In this document: positions 21,409-30,306 of the stretch, piece after piece | Layout of the letters: each line of letters starts with the position of its first letter | Position numbering within the stretch: position 1 is the first letter of the stretch | DNA from: Peptococcaceae bacterium | GTDB taxonomy: Bacteria; Bacillota; Dehalobacteriia; UBA4068; JAAVYR01 | Assembly (NCBI GenBank): GCA_022791255.1 | Contig: JAAVYR010000016.1 | Location: forward strand, 64,497 to 128,496 | Direction: 5' to 3' | DNA: 64,000 bases | Made by a program: the position numbers and the translations under genes | Notes under the pieces: model-generated | Databases searched by the model: none | Seen by the model: the letters and a program-made list of their open reading frames with translations, nothing else | What the model was told of the DNA's origin: nothing

Positions 21409-22191
21409 ATGACGAACGTGGCAGAAAAATCCTCAAAAACAGCTGCCAGAAAAAGGCTGAAAAAGAAATTGTTCCATATGGGACTATCCATGGCAAAGCC
21501 ACTGCTCCTATGGAGCGCATTGCTACTCCTTGCCGACGGCTGCGCTCTAACGGGACTCATCCGCACTTGTAATGACGGCGGTTTTCTTCCCGTCCTGTTC
21601 TGGGTATTGTTCACTGCTTTGACCACCACCATTTTACTGTTGATAACAGGCGTTATTTATCAGCTTTGCAGCTTCAAGGCAAAGGTCGCTTTTCACTTAC
21701 TAGAGGATATACGAGGCCTGCTCCGTCAAACAGAACGAACGATTTACCACCATTTAGAGGCCCGGCAGGAAAAAGATTTTCGCCGTACAGTGCATCTCGC
21801 TCTGGAAAACATCGCCAACGATAAAGAGCAGCAGAAAGAATTACTCATGCAACTACAGGCTTTATCACTGCCCAGCTTAGAACAATCCTCCTCCACAACG
21901 GAAAAACAAGAAAGCCACTTAGAGCGATTGACTAATTTTTTAAATCAAAGTGTGGATACCTTCGTCTATTTACAGCAGATATATCATCAGCTGCAAGAAC
22001 TAGGCCTAACGGTAAAAAGCAATGACCAACAAAAAGAGACTGGAACAAACAACAGCCCTGACAACAAACAAGATAACAGCAATGACGATGACAACCATAA
22101 CGATCACAATGATGAGATTATTTTGCAGGAACTTTTAACAGAAGTAAACCGCTTGCAAGAACAATTAGAAAAACTCCACCTAGCCAAATAG
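21409..22191 (+). CDS. hypothetical membrane protein with a coiled-coil and an Asn/Asp-rich low-complexity tail
   Basis: Two N-terminal transmembrane helices, heptad-like Q/L/E-rich segments and a C-terminal NDDDNHNDHND tract. Start codon 4 nt after the upstream stop. Confidence 0.4.
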   Translation: MTNVAEKSSKTAARKRLKKKLFHMGLSMAKPLLLWSALLLLADGCALTGLIRTCNDGGFLPVLFWVLFTALTTTILLLITGVIYQLCSFKAKVAFHLLEDIRGLLRQTERTIYHHLEARQEKDFRRTVHLALENIANDKEQQKELLMQLQALSLPSLEQSSSTTEKQESHLERLTNFLNQSVDTFVYLQQIYHQLQELGLTVKSNDQQKETGTNNSPDNKQDNSNDDDNHNDHNDEIILQELLTEVNRLQEQLEKLHLAK

Positions 22192-22207
22192 CCCAATCAG
22201 TAAGAAT

Positions 22208-22252
22208 ATAAGAAAGGCGCCTCCTGAAAAAGAAGGTGCCTTTCTTTTGTTT
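22208..22252 (+). terminator. rho-independent terminator
   Basis: AAGAAAGGCGCC-tcctgaaaaagaa-GGTGCCTTTCTTTTGTTTTT. Confidence 0.45.
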
Positions 22253-22377
22253 TTACTAACTTTTTCCAGATTTTTAAAATATTCCATTTTACTATTGCGC
22301 TAATTTTTGATAGAATGTAGTATCATATGACAAAAAGCGACATAATCTAGTCGCAACACCCTGGAGGCACTGTATCT

Positions 22378-22977
22378 ATGCAAAAATCATCTTATCGACC
22401 ACAAGAGCCCTGCTACCTATATGTAGTACTCACCAACAGCAGCTCTGTGGTAAGTAAGCTTATCAATATGGTCACCCGCGACCAGTTTACCCACGCATCC
22501 GTTTCCTTGGACCGCAATTTAGAACACATGTTCAGCTTTAGTCGGGTTCTTTCGCCTTACCCCTTCTGGGGCGGCTTTAAGCAGGAGAAACTACGCCGCG
22601 GCTTTTATGCCCGCAATAAGACGCTACCAGGCGCCATCCTCCAGCTGGAAGTCAGCAGAGAGCAATACGCCCGGGCCGCTGAGCAAATCTTTTATTTTAA
22701 TAACCACAAATCCCAATTTCACTATGACATTATTGGTCTTTTAGGTCACATCATTGATGTGCCGCTGACTCGGAAAAATAGATACACCTGCTCTAAGTTT
22801 GTAGCCAATGTGCTGGAGGAAGCAGAAGTTTATTCCTTTGATAAGCCTATCTCCCTCATTCGCCCCCAAGATTTCTTAGGCCTGCCCGCCCAGGTCATCT
22901 ATTGCGGAGACTTAAAGCAATACGCCCGCAGCACCTATCTTTACCAAGTAGAGAAGTTACAGCAACAGATTATATAA
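22378..22977 (+). CDS. putative YiiX/YaeF-like permuted papain-fold enzyme (peptidase C92-like)
   Basis: GGAGG ribosome-binding site. A candidate catalytic Cys in the YTCSKFVANVLE context near the C-terminus, with upstream His/Asp. The assignment is tentative. Confidence 0.35.
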   Translation: MQKSSYRPQEPCYLYVVLTNSSSVVSKLINMVTRDQFTHASVSLDRNLEHMFSFSRVLSPYPFWGGFKQEKLRRGFYARNKTLPGAILQLEVSREQYARAAEQIFYFNNHKSQFHYDIIGLLGHIIDVPLTRKNRYTCSKFVANVLEEAEVYSFDKPISLIRPQDFLGLPAQVIYCGDLKQYARSTYLYQVEKLQQQII

Positions 22978-23026
22978 AAAAGAGAGATGGCATTTTTATC
23001 ATCTCTCTTTTTCTATGTCATTCTGA

Positions 23027-23523
23027 GCAAAGGCGAAGGATCTTTAAATACTTTCTCGGGGACCCGCCGCCTATATATACCACTTTTATATATTTGCCTA
23101 CATTCTGCTTTTCCCAGTCCGGAAGTACTAAGCATCGCTTACCTTAAAAGTGGCAGATTATAACCAGGCGGCAGTTTTGCTTCTTTTTCAAAAAGAAGTT
23201 AAAGATTTACCCAAAGGAACTTACACCACTTGTACTTCGGTCAAAAGTAAAATATATATTATTAAAAAGTTACTATCTACTTTTGACAGTTGGGCAAGTA
23301 CGAATTATTTACCTTGGGTTCGCTTTGCCTGTTCTTTTAAGAAAAGAACCAAAATCGCAATCTGGTTGCCTTTGCCTGGCAGCCTCGTCACTACCTAGTG
23401 CTCCCCGCGGCAAACAGATTGCCTTCCCCATATACTAAAAGATCCTTCGTCACTTTGTTCCTCAGGATGACATATAGAGGCAGTGTGTACTTCTGATTGT
23501 CATCCTGAGCGAAAGCGAAGGAT
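23027..23523. mobile_element. non-autonomous MITE-like element, copy B
   Basis: GTCATTCTGAGC at 23027-23038 and CTCAGGATGAC at 23460-23470. The 208-bp core (23163-23371) is about 90% identical to copy A. A terminal hairpin unit GTCATCCTGAGCGAAAGCGAAGGATC lies at 23498-23523. The variable middle embeds a copy of the short dispersed repeat (23090-23135). Confidence 0.45.
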
Positions 23524-23567
23524 CTTAAAAAAAGCCAAAGAACAATTTTCTTTTTGTTCCTTGGCTT

Positions 23568-23798
23568 TTATTTTTCTTCTTCATCTGGTAAAAATTCAAT
23601 AATATCGTTAGGCGTACAATCCAATATCCTGCACAATCGCTCCATAGTATCTGTATTCATATGCTTATTATGTCTTAATCTAGTAACAGTATTAGCACTA
23701 AATCCTTCTTTATAAATGAGAGTATATGTGGTAACTTTTCTATCTTTCATTGTCCGCCATAAAGGACTATAGCTAAGCACTCCACATCCCTCCCTCAT
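23568..23798 (-). CDS. helix-turn-helix transcriptional regulator (short XRE/YozG-like)
   Basis: The TLIYKEGFSANTVTRLRHNKHMNTDTMERLCRILDCTPNDIIEF segment is a classic short HTH regulator. Lies in a low-GC region. Confidence 0.6.
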   Translation of the reverse strand: MREGCGVLSYSPLWRTMKDRKVTTYTLIYKEGFSANTVTRLRHNKHMNTDTMERLCRILDCTPNDIIEFLPDEEEK

Positions 23799-23876
23799 TT
23801 AGTAGTTATCAACATTATCAAATAAAAGATAATAATTGCATATTACTAACAGGTTATGTATAATAAAAGAGCGTAG

Positions 23877-24104
23877 TTATTTTTTAGGATAGGGCTTCAT
23901 TTCAAAAGTCCTACCCATCAAGTAGTCCACACTGGTTCCATAGAAGTCCGCAAGTTTCCCCATGACATCTACTGGTACATCTAATCTGCCTATTTCATAA
24001 CTTGAATAAGTCGTTTGATGAACATTTAAATACTGAGCCAATTGTTCTTGACTCAAATCGTGGTCTTCTCTTAAATCACGAATACGCTGATACATCCCTT
24101 TCAC
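23877..24104 (-). CDS. XRE-family helix-turn-helix transcriptional regulator
   Basis: The LREDHDLSQEQLAQYLNVHQTTYSSYEIGRLDVPVDVMGKLADFYGTSVDYL segment matches an HTH_3 fold. Lies in a low-GC region. Confidence 0.7.
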   Translation of the reverse strand: MKGMYQRIRDLREDHDLSQEQLAQYLNVHQTTYSSYEIGRLDVPVDVMGKLADFYGTSVDYLMGRTFEMKPYPKK

Positions 24105-24190
24105 CTCTAGGCTTAGTATGCAATATTCATCTTTTTTTACTCCTCGTTTAATACATTTTCACTTAACGCTATTTTAGGAAGGTGTTTTTT

Positions 24191-24424
24191 ATGGTACGCA
24201 TGATAGGTGAACACTATTGCTATAACATCTACTGTCTCTATCAGTGGTGCGACCGCTGTGCCGCTATTGACATCACCATCGACGCCGACGGCCGCTGCGC
24301 CAGCTGCGTGCCTCTCCGCCTCACCGAAGAAGAGCTCAAGGAACGCAAACAGAAATATTACGGTATCGAGCTAGAGGAGCCCACGCCCTACACCGTGAAA
24401 AAACATAACGACCCCGATGAATGA
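24191..24424 (+). CDS. small Cys-rich (zinc-ribbon-like) hypothetical protein
   Basis: AGGAAGG ribosome-binding site. CYNIYC...CDRC...C..C cysteine pairs. 77 aa. Confidence 0.35.
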   Translation: MVRMIGEHYCYNIYCLYQWCDRCAAIDITIDADGRCASCVPLRLTEEELKERKQKYYGIELEEPTPYTVKKHNDPDE

Positions 24425-24592
24425 AAGCCCCCTTCCCGTCTGCCTACACTAGAAGACATCAAACGAATTGAAAAAGCCTATCGCGATGAAAAGCTCCACC
24501 GCTATGGCCGCAAAGAATACCCCAAAAAAAAGAGAGTCAGAAAAAAATAATTTCCGACTCTCTTTTTCATTGGTTTTATAAATACCGATTAT

Positions 24593-25762
24593 TTATTTGG
24601 TCAGCCGCTCCATGGCCTTTTTGGTGTTTTCCGCCGTGTTAAAGGCAGTAAGGCGCAGATACCCTTCGCCATTTTTCCCAAAGCCGGAGCCAGGAGTCAC
24701 TACAATGTGATACTGCTCTAAGAGCACATCAAAGTATTCCCAAGAAGTCAGGCCGTCCGGGCAATGCAGCCAGATGTAGGGAGAATGGACCCCGCCGCAA
24801 TAGGAAATACCCAGCTTATCAAAGGCAGCCCCCATGACTTTGGCATTTTCCCGGTAGTGGGCGATGTTTTCTTTACACTGGGCCATGCCTTCCGGAGTAA
24901 AGACAGCTTCTGCTCCTCGCTGTACGATGTATGGCACCCCGTTAAATTTCGTGGTCTGTCGCCGCAGCCACATAGCATTTAAGGACGCGCCGTCTTTTAC
25001 CAATGCTTTTGGTACGATGGTATAACCGCAGCGTGTGCCGGTAAAGCCTGCTGTCTTAGAAAGAGAGCAAAGCTCGATGGCGCATTTTTCTGCCCCAGGG
25101 ATTTGATAAATAGAAGTAGGCAGCACAGGGTCGTTGATGAATGCTTCATATGCAGCGTCAAATAAGATAACCGCGTCATGAGCCAAGGCATATTCTACCC
25201 AAGCAGTTAATTGTTCTCTGTTATACACAGCCCCTGTAGGGTTATTTGGGGAGCAGATGTAGATGATATCCACATGTTCTTCCCCCGGCATCGGCAGGAA
25301 GCCGTTGGCAGCGTTAGCGTCTAAGAGCACCACTTTTCTGCCATCCATGATATTGGTATCTACATAAACAGGATATACAGGGTCCGGAACAGCTACAATA
25401 TTATTGGTAGAGAAAATATTTAAGATGTTGCCTACATCGCTTTTAGCACCGTCAGAAATGAAAATTTCATCCAGCGCCAGCTCTACACCTTTGCCGGCAT
25501 AATATTTAACGATAGCCTCTCTTAAGAAACCATAGCCTTGTTCATCGCCATAGCCGTGGAAGGTTTCGGCTTTGCCCATTTCAGCCACAGCCTTGGTCAT
25601 AGCATCGATAACCACAGGGACTAAAGGACGCGTCACATCGCCAATGCTCAAGCGAATAATTTCTGCATCTGGATGAGCCGCCGTATATTCCCGTTGTCTG
25701 CGGGCAACTTCTGTAAATAAATAGCTAGTCGCTAAGTTAGAAAAATTTTCATTTACCTTCAT
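24593..25762 (-). CDS. dapL: LL-diaminopimelate aminotransferase
   Basis: KVNENFSNLATSYLFTEV, LSIGD, IFISDGAK, CSPNNPTG, ILFDAAY, FNG, HYRENA and VTPGSGFG blocks match DapL. PLP-binding Lys in SLSKTAGFTG. Confidence 0.85.
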   Translation of the reverse strand: MKVNENFSNLATSYLFTEVARRQREYTAAHPDAEIIRLSIGDVTRPLVPVVIDAMTKAVAEMGKAETFHGYGDEQGYGFLREAIVKYYAGKGVELALDEIFISDGAKSDVGNILNIFSTNNIVAVPDPVYPVYVDTNIMDGRKVVLLDANAANGFLPMPGEEHVDIIYICSPNNPTGAVYNREQLTAWVEYALAHDAVILFDAAYEAFINDPVLPTSIYQIPGAEKCAIELCSLSKTAGFTGTRCGYTIVPKALVKDGASLNAMWLRRQTTKFNGVPYIVQRGAEAVFTPEGMAQCKENIAHYRENAKVMGAAFDKLGISYCGGVHSPYIWLHCPDGLTSWEYFDVLLEQYHIVVTPGSGFGKNGEGYLRLTAFNTAENTKKAMERLTK

Positions 25763-25884
25763 AAAAATAAACCTCCTCTTGCCGGCATCTCATACATACC
25801 AGCCTGCACTTATCTGATTGTGTAGATTAGCATATCACATTCCCGTAAAAATTTCCAGAACATTCTAAGATATGCCACATTCTA

Positions 25885-26000
25885 CAAAAGCATTTCATAC
25901 TACTACCGACAATTACCTATTCATCTGCCGGAAGTACCCAGTATCGCCCTCCTACAGCGTGGCACTATCCTAAGATCCTTCACATTCGTTCAGGATGACA
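25885..26000. repeat. dispersed intergenic repeat, copy 2 (hairpin module inverted)
   Basis: CATACTACTACCGACAATTACC...CTGCCGGAAGTACCCAGTAT...CGTGGCA...AAGATCCTTC...CAGGATGAC. Confidence 0.6.
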
Positions 26001-26197
26001 GGAAAATATTTTTTTGTATGTTTCGCTCTTCATAGGGACAGTATAACTGGTACGAAAAGAAATTTTTTCCTATCTTCATGAGAAACCCTATTGACTTACT
26101 AGGAATAACATGATATTTTGTATGCAGGATAAATTCCATCAAAAAAATTGCATCAAAAGATAAAACCTCTATCTGTACCAGGAAAAGGAGCGAGAAT

Positions 26198-27385
26198 ATG
26201 CAAATCTATGCAGATAACGCCGGCACTACCAAAATGAGCCGCACCGCAATAGACGCCATGCTACCATATATGGAGACTTACTATGGCAACCCTTCTAGCC
26301 TCCACACTGTAGGCCAAGAAGCAGCAGAAGCTCTTGCTGAGGCTCGGGCAGAAATGGCCACCATCTTAGGCTGCGAACCACGGGAAATCATCTTTACCTC
26401 CGGCGGCAGCGAAGCAGATAACCAAGCCATTTTTTCTGCAGCAGCCATCGGCGAAAAGAAAGGGAAAAAACACATTATCTCCACCGCCTTTGAACACCAC
26501 GCTGTACTGCACACCTTAAAGCGACTGGAAAAACAAGGCTTTGAAATCACCCTCCTAGATGTCCATGAAAACGGACTGGTTACCCCAGAACAAGTACGGG
26601 ACGCCATCCGGGAGGATACCTGCCTGGTAACCATCATGTATGTCAATAATGAAATCGGCACCATCCAGCCCATCCGGGAAATTGGCGCTGTCTGTCGAGA
26701 AAAAGGCGTACTCTTTCACACCGACGCCGTACAAGCAATCGGCCATATTCCCGTCAATGTAAAGGATGACAATGTGGATATGCTGTCTCTTTCTGGACAC
26801 AAGTTCCGCGGACCCAAAGGCATCGGCGCTCTTTATGTGCGGAAAGGTATCGTCCTCACCAACTTAATAGAAGGCGGCGCTCAAGAACGAGGCAAACGAG
26901 CTGGCACAGAAAACATCCCTGCTATCATGGGCATGGTAGCCGCTCTCAAAGAAGCAGTAGACCACATGGAAGAAAATACCAAAAAGGTCCAAGCCTTACG
27001 GGACAAGCTGATCACCGGCTTATCTCAAATCCCCCATTGCGCCTTAAACGGCGATGCAACCCACCGCCATCCCGGCAATGTGAATTTCTGTTTTGAAGGC
27101 ATCGAAGGGGAAAGCCTGCTGCTCTTATTAGACGCCAAAGGCATCTGCGCCTCTTCCGGCTCTGCCTGCACCTCCGGGTCTTTAGACCCCAGCCATGTGC
27201 TCCTGGCCATCGGCAGAGTCCATGATGTAGCCCATGGGTCTCTCCGCCTCAGCCTGAACGAAGAAAATACCGAGGCAGAGGTAGACTATATGCTGGAGGA
27301 AATCCCCAAAGTAGTAGCATACCTCCGCAATATGTCCCCAGTATGGAAAGACTTAATAAATGGCAAACGGCAATTTATTTTATAG
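26198..27385 (+). CDS. nifS: cysteine desulfurase (NifS/IscS class)
   Basis: [13 protein letters not shown]-terminus, PLP-binding Lys in [17 protein letters not shown] and active-site loop [17 protein letters not shown]. Confidence 0.85.
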   Translation: MQIYADNAGTTKMSRTAIDAMLPYMETYYGNPSSLHTVGQEAAEALAEARAEMATILGCEPREIIFTSGGSEADNQAIFSAAAIGEKKGKKHIISTAFEHHAVLHTLKRLEKQGFEITLLDVHENGLVTPEQVRDAIREDTCLVTIMYVNNEIGTIQPIREIGAVCREKGVLFHTDAVQAIGHIPVNVKDDNVDMLSLSGHKFRGPKGIGALYVRKGIVLTNLIEGGAQERGKRAGTENIPAIMGMVAALKEAVDHMEENTKKVQALRDKLITGLSQIPHCALNGDATHRHPGNVNFCFEGIEGESLLLLLDAKGICASSGSACTSGSLDPSHVLLAIGRVHDVAHGSLRLSLNEENTEAEVDYMLEEIPKVVAYLRNMSPVWKDLINGKRQFIL

Positions 27386-27415
27386 AAATACGCAAGTAAA
27401 AGGAGGCCTCCTTTC

Positions 27416-27850
27416 ATGGCATTATATAGTGAAAAAGTAATGGACCACTTCACCAATCCCCGCAATGTAGGCGAGTTGGAAAACGCTGACGGCGTAGGCG
27501 AAGTAGGCAACGCTAAGTGCGGCGATATTATGAAAATCTACTTAAAAATTGACGATAACATCATTACCGATGTGAAATTTAACACCTTTGGCTGTGGCAG
27601 CGCCATCGCTTCCTCTTCTATGGCTACGGAAATGATAAAAGGCAAGTCTATCGACGAAGCATTGGAACTGACCAACAAAGCAGTGGTAGAAGCATTAGAC
27701 GGCTTGCCGCCTCATAAAATCCACTGCTCCGTTCTAGCCGAAGAAGCAGTAAAAGCTGCCTTAAAAGACTACTATGACAAAAATAATATTCCTTATGATA
27801 AGGCACTTTTCCCAGACTGTGACTCCTGTGCCCATTGCGCCGACCACTAA
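27416..27850 (+). CDS. nifU: Fe-S cluster assembly scaffold (NifU/IscU N-terminal-domain type)
   Basis: Conserved GNAKCGD, FNTFGCGSAIASSS and HCSVLAEEA cysteine motifs. Confidence 0.85.
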   Translation: MALYSEKVMDHFTNPRNVGELENADGVGEVGNAKCGDIMKIYLKIDDNIITDVKFNTFGCGSAIASSSMATEMIKGKSIDEALELTNKAVVEALDGLPPHKIHCSVLAEEAVKAALKDYYDKNNIPYDKALFPDCDSCAHCADH

Positions 27851-27946
27851 AATAAGATAAAACCAAAAACTACCCCTTACCAAATCATTGCCGGTAAGAG
27901 GTAGTTTCTTTTTTACTACCCATTACCTACGCAAAGAAAAGAAGTA

Positions 27947-27975
27947 TTTTCCAGTATTGACAAGAGATAGTCATT
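27947..27975 (+). promoter_or_regulatory. strong sigma-A promoter with an extended -10
   Basis: TTGACA (27947-27952), 17-nt spacer, TGgTATTAT (27967-27975). Confidence 0.55.
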
Positions 27976-28042
27976 GTGGTATTATTTTTTATATCAAAAA
28001 TCCAAACGCTTATCAGCAAATGGGAAGAAAGGAAGACATTAC

Positions 28043-28135
28043 ATGACAGTAATCAACGGGAACAACATGAACATGTGCATGGCTATGATGATGCGGACCA
28101 AAGATTGCTGTATCATGCGATGCTTCATGCTCTAA
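28043..28135 (+). CDS. putative Met/Cys-rich leader peptide (30 aa)
   Basis: GAAAGGAAG ribosome-binding site 8 nt upstream. Product MTVINGNNMNMCMAMMMRTKDCCIMRCFML has 9 Met and 4 Cys in 30 codons. Sits between a strong promoter and a terminator/antiterminator structure. Confidence 0.45.
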   Translation: MTVINGNNMNMCMAMMMRTKDCCIMRCFML

Positions 28136-28174
28136 ATCAAGTTCCCATTAGCGGAAATTGATAACGAGGCTATC

Positions 28175-28227
28175 AAATGGAAATAGTAATCTTTGGAAGT
28201 CAACAAATCAGTGGCTTCCATTTTTTT
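28175..28227 (+). promoter_or_regulatory. putative transcription attenuator (mutually exclusive antiterminator and terminator)
   Basis: Terminator stem TGGAAG (28194-28199) pairs with CTTCCA (28215-28220), followed by TTTTTTT. Upstream AAATGGAA (28175-28182) can alternatively pair with TTCCATTT (28217-28224), which sequesters the 3' arm. Confidence 0.4.
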
Positions 28228-28289
28228 ATGCTTATTTTTTGTTAATCGTATAAATCATGCAAATCATGCAAGGAAAGAAGGTAGCTTTC

Positions 28290-28826
28290 ATGTTAGAAAT
28301 ATTATGGCACGGCAGAGGCGGACAGGGTGCTTTTACAGCAGCCCGTCTTCTAGGAGCCGCCTTTATCCAGACAGAGTCTGGCTTTGCCCTAGCCTTTCCC
28401 TCTTTCGGTCCAGAACGACGAGGCGCACCCATTCGTGCTTTTACTAAGTTAGATAAAAAGCCCATCACCAATCGCAGTGAAATAGAAAAAGCTGACTTTG
28501 TCATCTATCTAGACGATACCCTATTTCCTGGAGAAGCAGCTTTTGCAGAATTAAAGCCCAATGGCAAAATCCTCTTAAACACCAAAGAAACTTGGGAAGA
28601 TGAACAAATCATCACCATAGACGGCGATTGCTTAGCTACAGAAATCTTAGGCAGACCCATTACCAATACAGTCATGCTAGGCGTCATCTCCACACTGGCA
28701 CCGGAAATCACACTGGACCATCTTACCGCTGCTATTGCAAGCTATATGCCGCCGAAACTGCAGGGAAAAAATATTGCTTTGATAAAAGCCGCAGCTGAGA
28801 CCATCAGTAAGGAGGCCCATCAATGA
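28290..28826 (+). CDS. porG: 2-oxoacid:ferredoxin oxidoreductase, gamma subunit
   Basis: MLEILWHGRGGQGAFTAARLLG is the typical gamma-subunit N-terminus. The stop overlaps the next start. Confidence 0.8.
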   Translation: MLEILWHGRGGQGAFTAARLLGAAFIQTESGFALAFPSFGPERRGAPIRAFTKLDKKPITNRSEIEKADFVIYLDDTLFPGEAAFAELKPNGKILLNTKETWEDEQIITIDGDCLATEILGRPITNTVMLGVISTLAPEITLDHLTAAIASYMPPKLQGKNIALIKAAAETISKEAHQ

Positions 28827-29131
28827 TGAAAACACCCTATTTGCGAGCACACACGCCAAAGACTTTTGCCGACATCCCAGAGGCCACTGCTTATGAGGCG
28901 GGCTACCTAGTGACAAAAAATGCCGGCTGGCGTAATATGCGCCCCGTTATCGACCAAGATAAATGTATTGGCTGCCTCCAATGTTACCTGTATTGTCCAG
29001 AAGGCGTCATTGCAAAAGACACGGAAAACGAAAAAAAAGTAAAAATCGATTATGATTTTTGCAAAGGGTGCGGCATCTGCAGACGAATGTGCAAGCTAGA
29101 CGCCATCAGAATGGAGGCGGAAAAACAATGA
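28823..29131 (+). CDS. porD: 2-oxoacid:ferredoxin oxidoreductase, delta subunit (2x[4Fe-4S] ferredoxin)
   Basis: Two CxxCxxCxxxCP motifs (CIGCLQCYLYCP, CKGCGICRRMC). ATGA overlaps with both neighbours. Confidence 0.8.
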   Translation: MMKTPYLRAHTPKTFADIPEATAYEAGYLVTKNAGWRNMRPVIDQDKCIGCLQCYLYCPEGVIAKDTENEKKVKIDYDFCKGCGICRRMCKLDAIRMEAEKQ

Positions 29132-30303
29132 GTAACCCCCAGAAAAGAAAAGCCTTTTTGTCCGGGAATGAAGCATTTGCCGAGGGCATTCGTCTCGCTC
29201 GTCCCCAAGTAATTTCCGCCTATCCCATCACCCCGCAAACTTTAGTAGTAGAACGCCTCTCTGAAATGGTAGAAGACGAGAGTCTTGCAGCAGAGTTTAT
29301 CCATGTAGAGTCCGAACATTCCGCCCTTTCCTGTGCCATGGGAGCCTCTGCAGTAGGCGCCAGAGCCTTCACGGCTACTTCTTCTCAGGGGCTGCTTTAT
29401 ATGGCAGAGTGTCTGACTTACGCTTCTGGCGGGCGGTTCCCCATCGTGATGATGAACGCCAATCGAGCCACCGCCCTTCCCTGGAATATTTACGGCGACC
29501 AGCGAGACTCTCTCTCCCTCTTAGACTGCGGCTGGATACAAGCCTATGCAGAAAATGCCCAGGAGAGCCTGGACCTTGCGCTGATGAGTTATTACATCGC
29601 CGAGCACCCACAAGTCGCCACCCCCTTCATGGTCAATCTAGACGGTTTCGTCCTCACCCACACCTATGAGGTAGTACATATCCCAGACCAGGAGCAGGCA
29701 GACGCCTTTTTGCCGCCTTATGAGACGGAAAACAAATTAGACTTTGCCCACCCCAGAAACATGGGCTTCTCTGTAGGACCAGAGCTCAATGACGGCTTCA
29801 AATATAAAGAACATCTCGCCATGGTCCATGCCAAAGCCGTGATTGCAGAAGCAGAAGAGAAATTTGCTAAGATTTTCGGCAGAACCTATCCGGGCCTGAT
29901 TGAGACTTATCAGACAGAAGGCGCCGACTATATCCTGATTACCCTAGGCACCATTGCCGGACAGGTAAAAGATGTAGTAGAAACTTTAAGGGCAAAAGGG
30001 GAAAAGGTCGGCATGATACGCCTCCGCTATATGCGACCCTTCCCTAATGAGGAAATTGCCGCTGCCGTAACAGGCGCCACTGCTATCGGCGTCTTAGAAA
30101 AGGATATTTCCTTTGGCAATGAAGGCACGGTCTACACCAATGTAAATTCCGCCCTGCAAAAGACCGGTATATCCCTACCAACTTCTAACTATATCGGCGG
30201 CTTAGGCGGCAAGAATATTAGCCCTCAAGATATCGAGTGTATTTTCCAATCACTAAAAAAGAAATCCGCGCAAGTAAAATTCTTAGGGTTAGAGGAGGTG
30301 TAG
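29128..30303 (+). CDS. porA: 2-oxoacid:ferredoxin oxidoreductase, alpha subunit
   Basis: Start at MSNPQKRK overlapping the porD stop. FLSGNEAFAEGIRLARPQVISAYPITPQT and ESEHSALSCAMGASAVGARAFTATSSQGLLYM motifs. Confidence 0.85.
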   Translation: MSNPQKRKAFLSGNEAFAEGIRLARPQVISAYPITPQTLVVERLSEMVEDESLAAEFIHVESEHSALSCAMGASAVGARAFTATSSQGLLYMAECLTYASGGRFPIVMMNANRATALPWNIYGDQRDSLSLLDCGWIQAYAENAQESLDLALMSYYIAEHPQVATPFMVNLDGFVLTHTYEVVHIPDQEQADAFLPPYETENKLDFAHPRNMGFSVGPELNDGFKYKEHLAMVHAKAVIAEAEEKFAKIFGRTYPGLIETYQTEGADYILITLGTIAGQVKDVVETLRAKGEKVGMIRLRYMRPFPNEEIAAAVTGATAIGVLEKDISFGNEGTVYTNVNSALQKTGISLPTSNYIGGLGGKNISPQDIECIFQSLKKKSAQVKFLGLEEV

Positions 30304-30306
30304 CCG

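Noticed and set aside
28043-28135. The Met/Cys-rich 30-aa ORF as a RiPP (lanthipeptide/sactipeptide) precursor
   Set aside because: No radical-SAM, LanB/C/M, YcaO or peptidase/transporter genes are nearby. The context (promoter, ribosome-binding site, ORF, terminator-like hairpin, then operon) fits a regulatory leader better.
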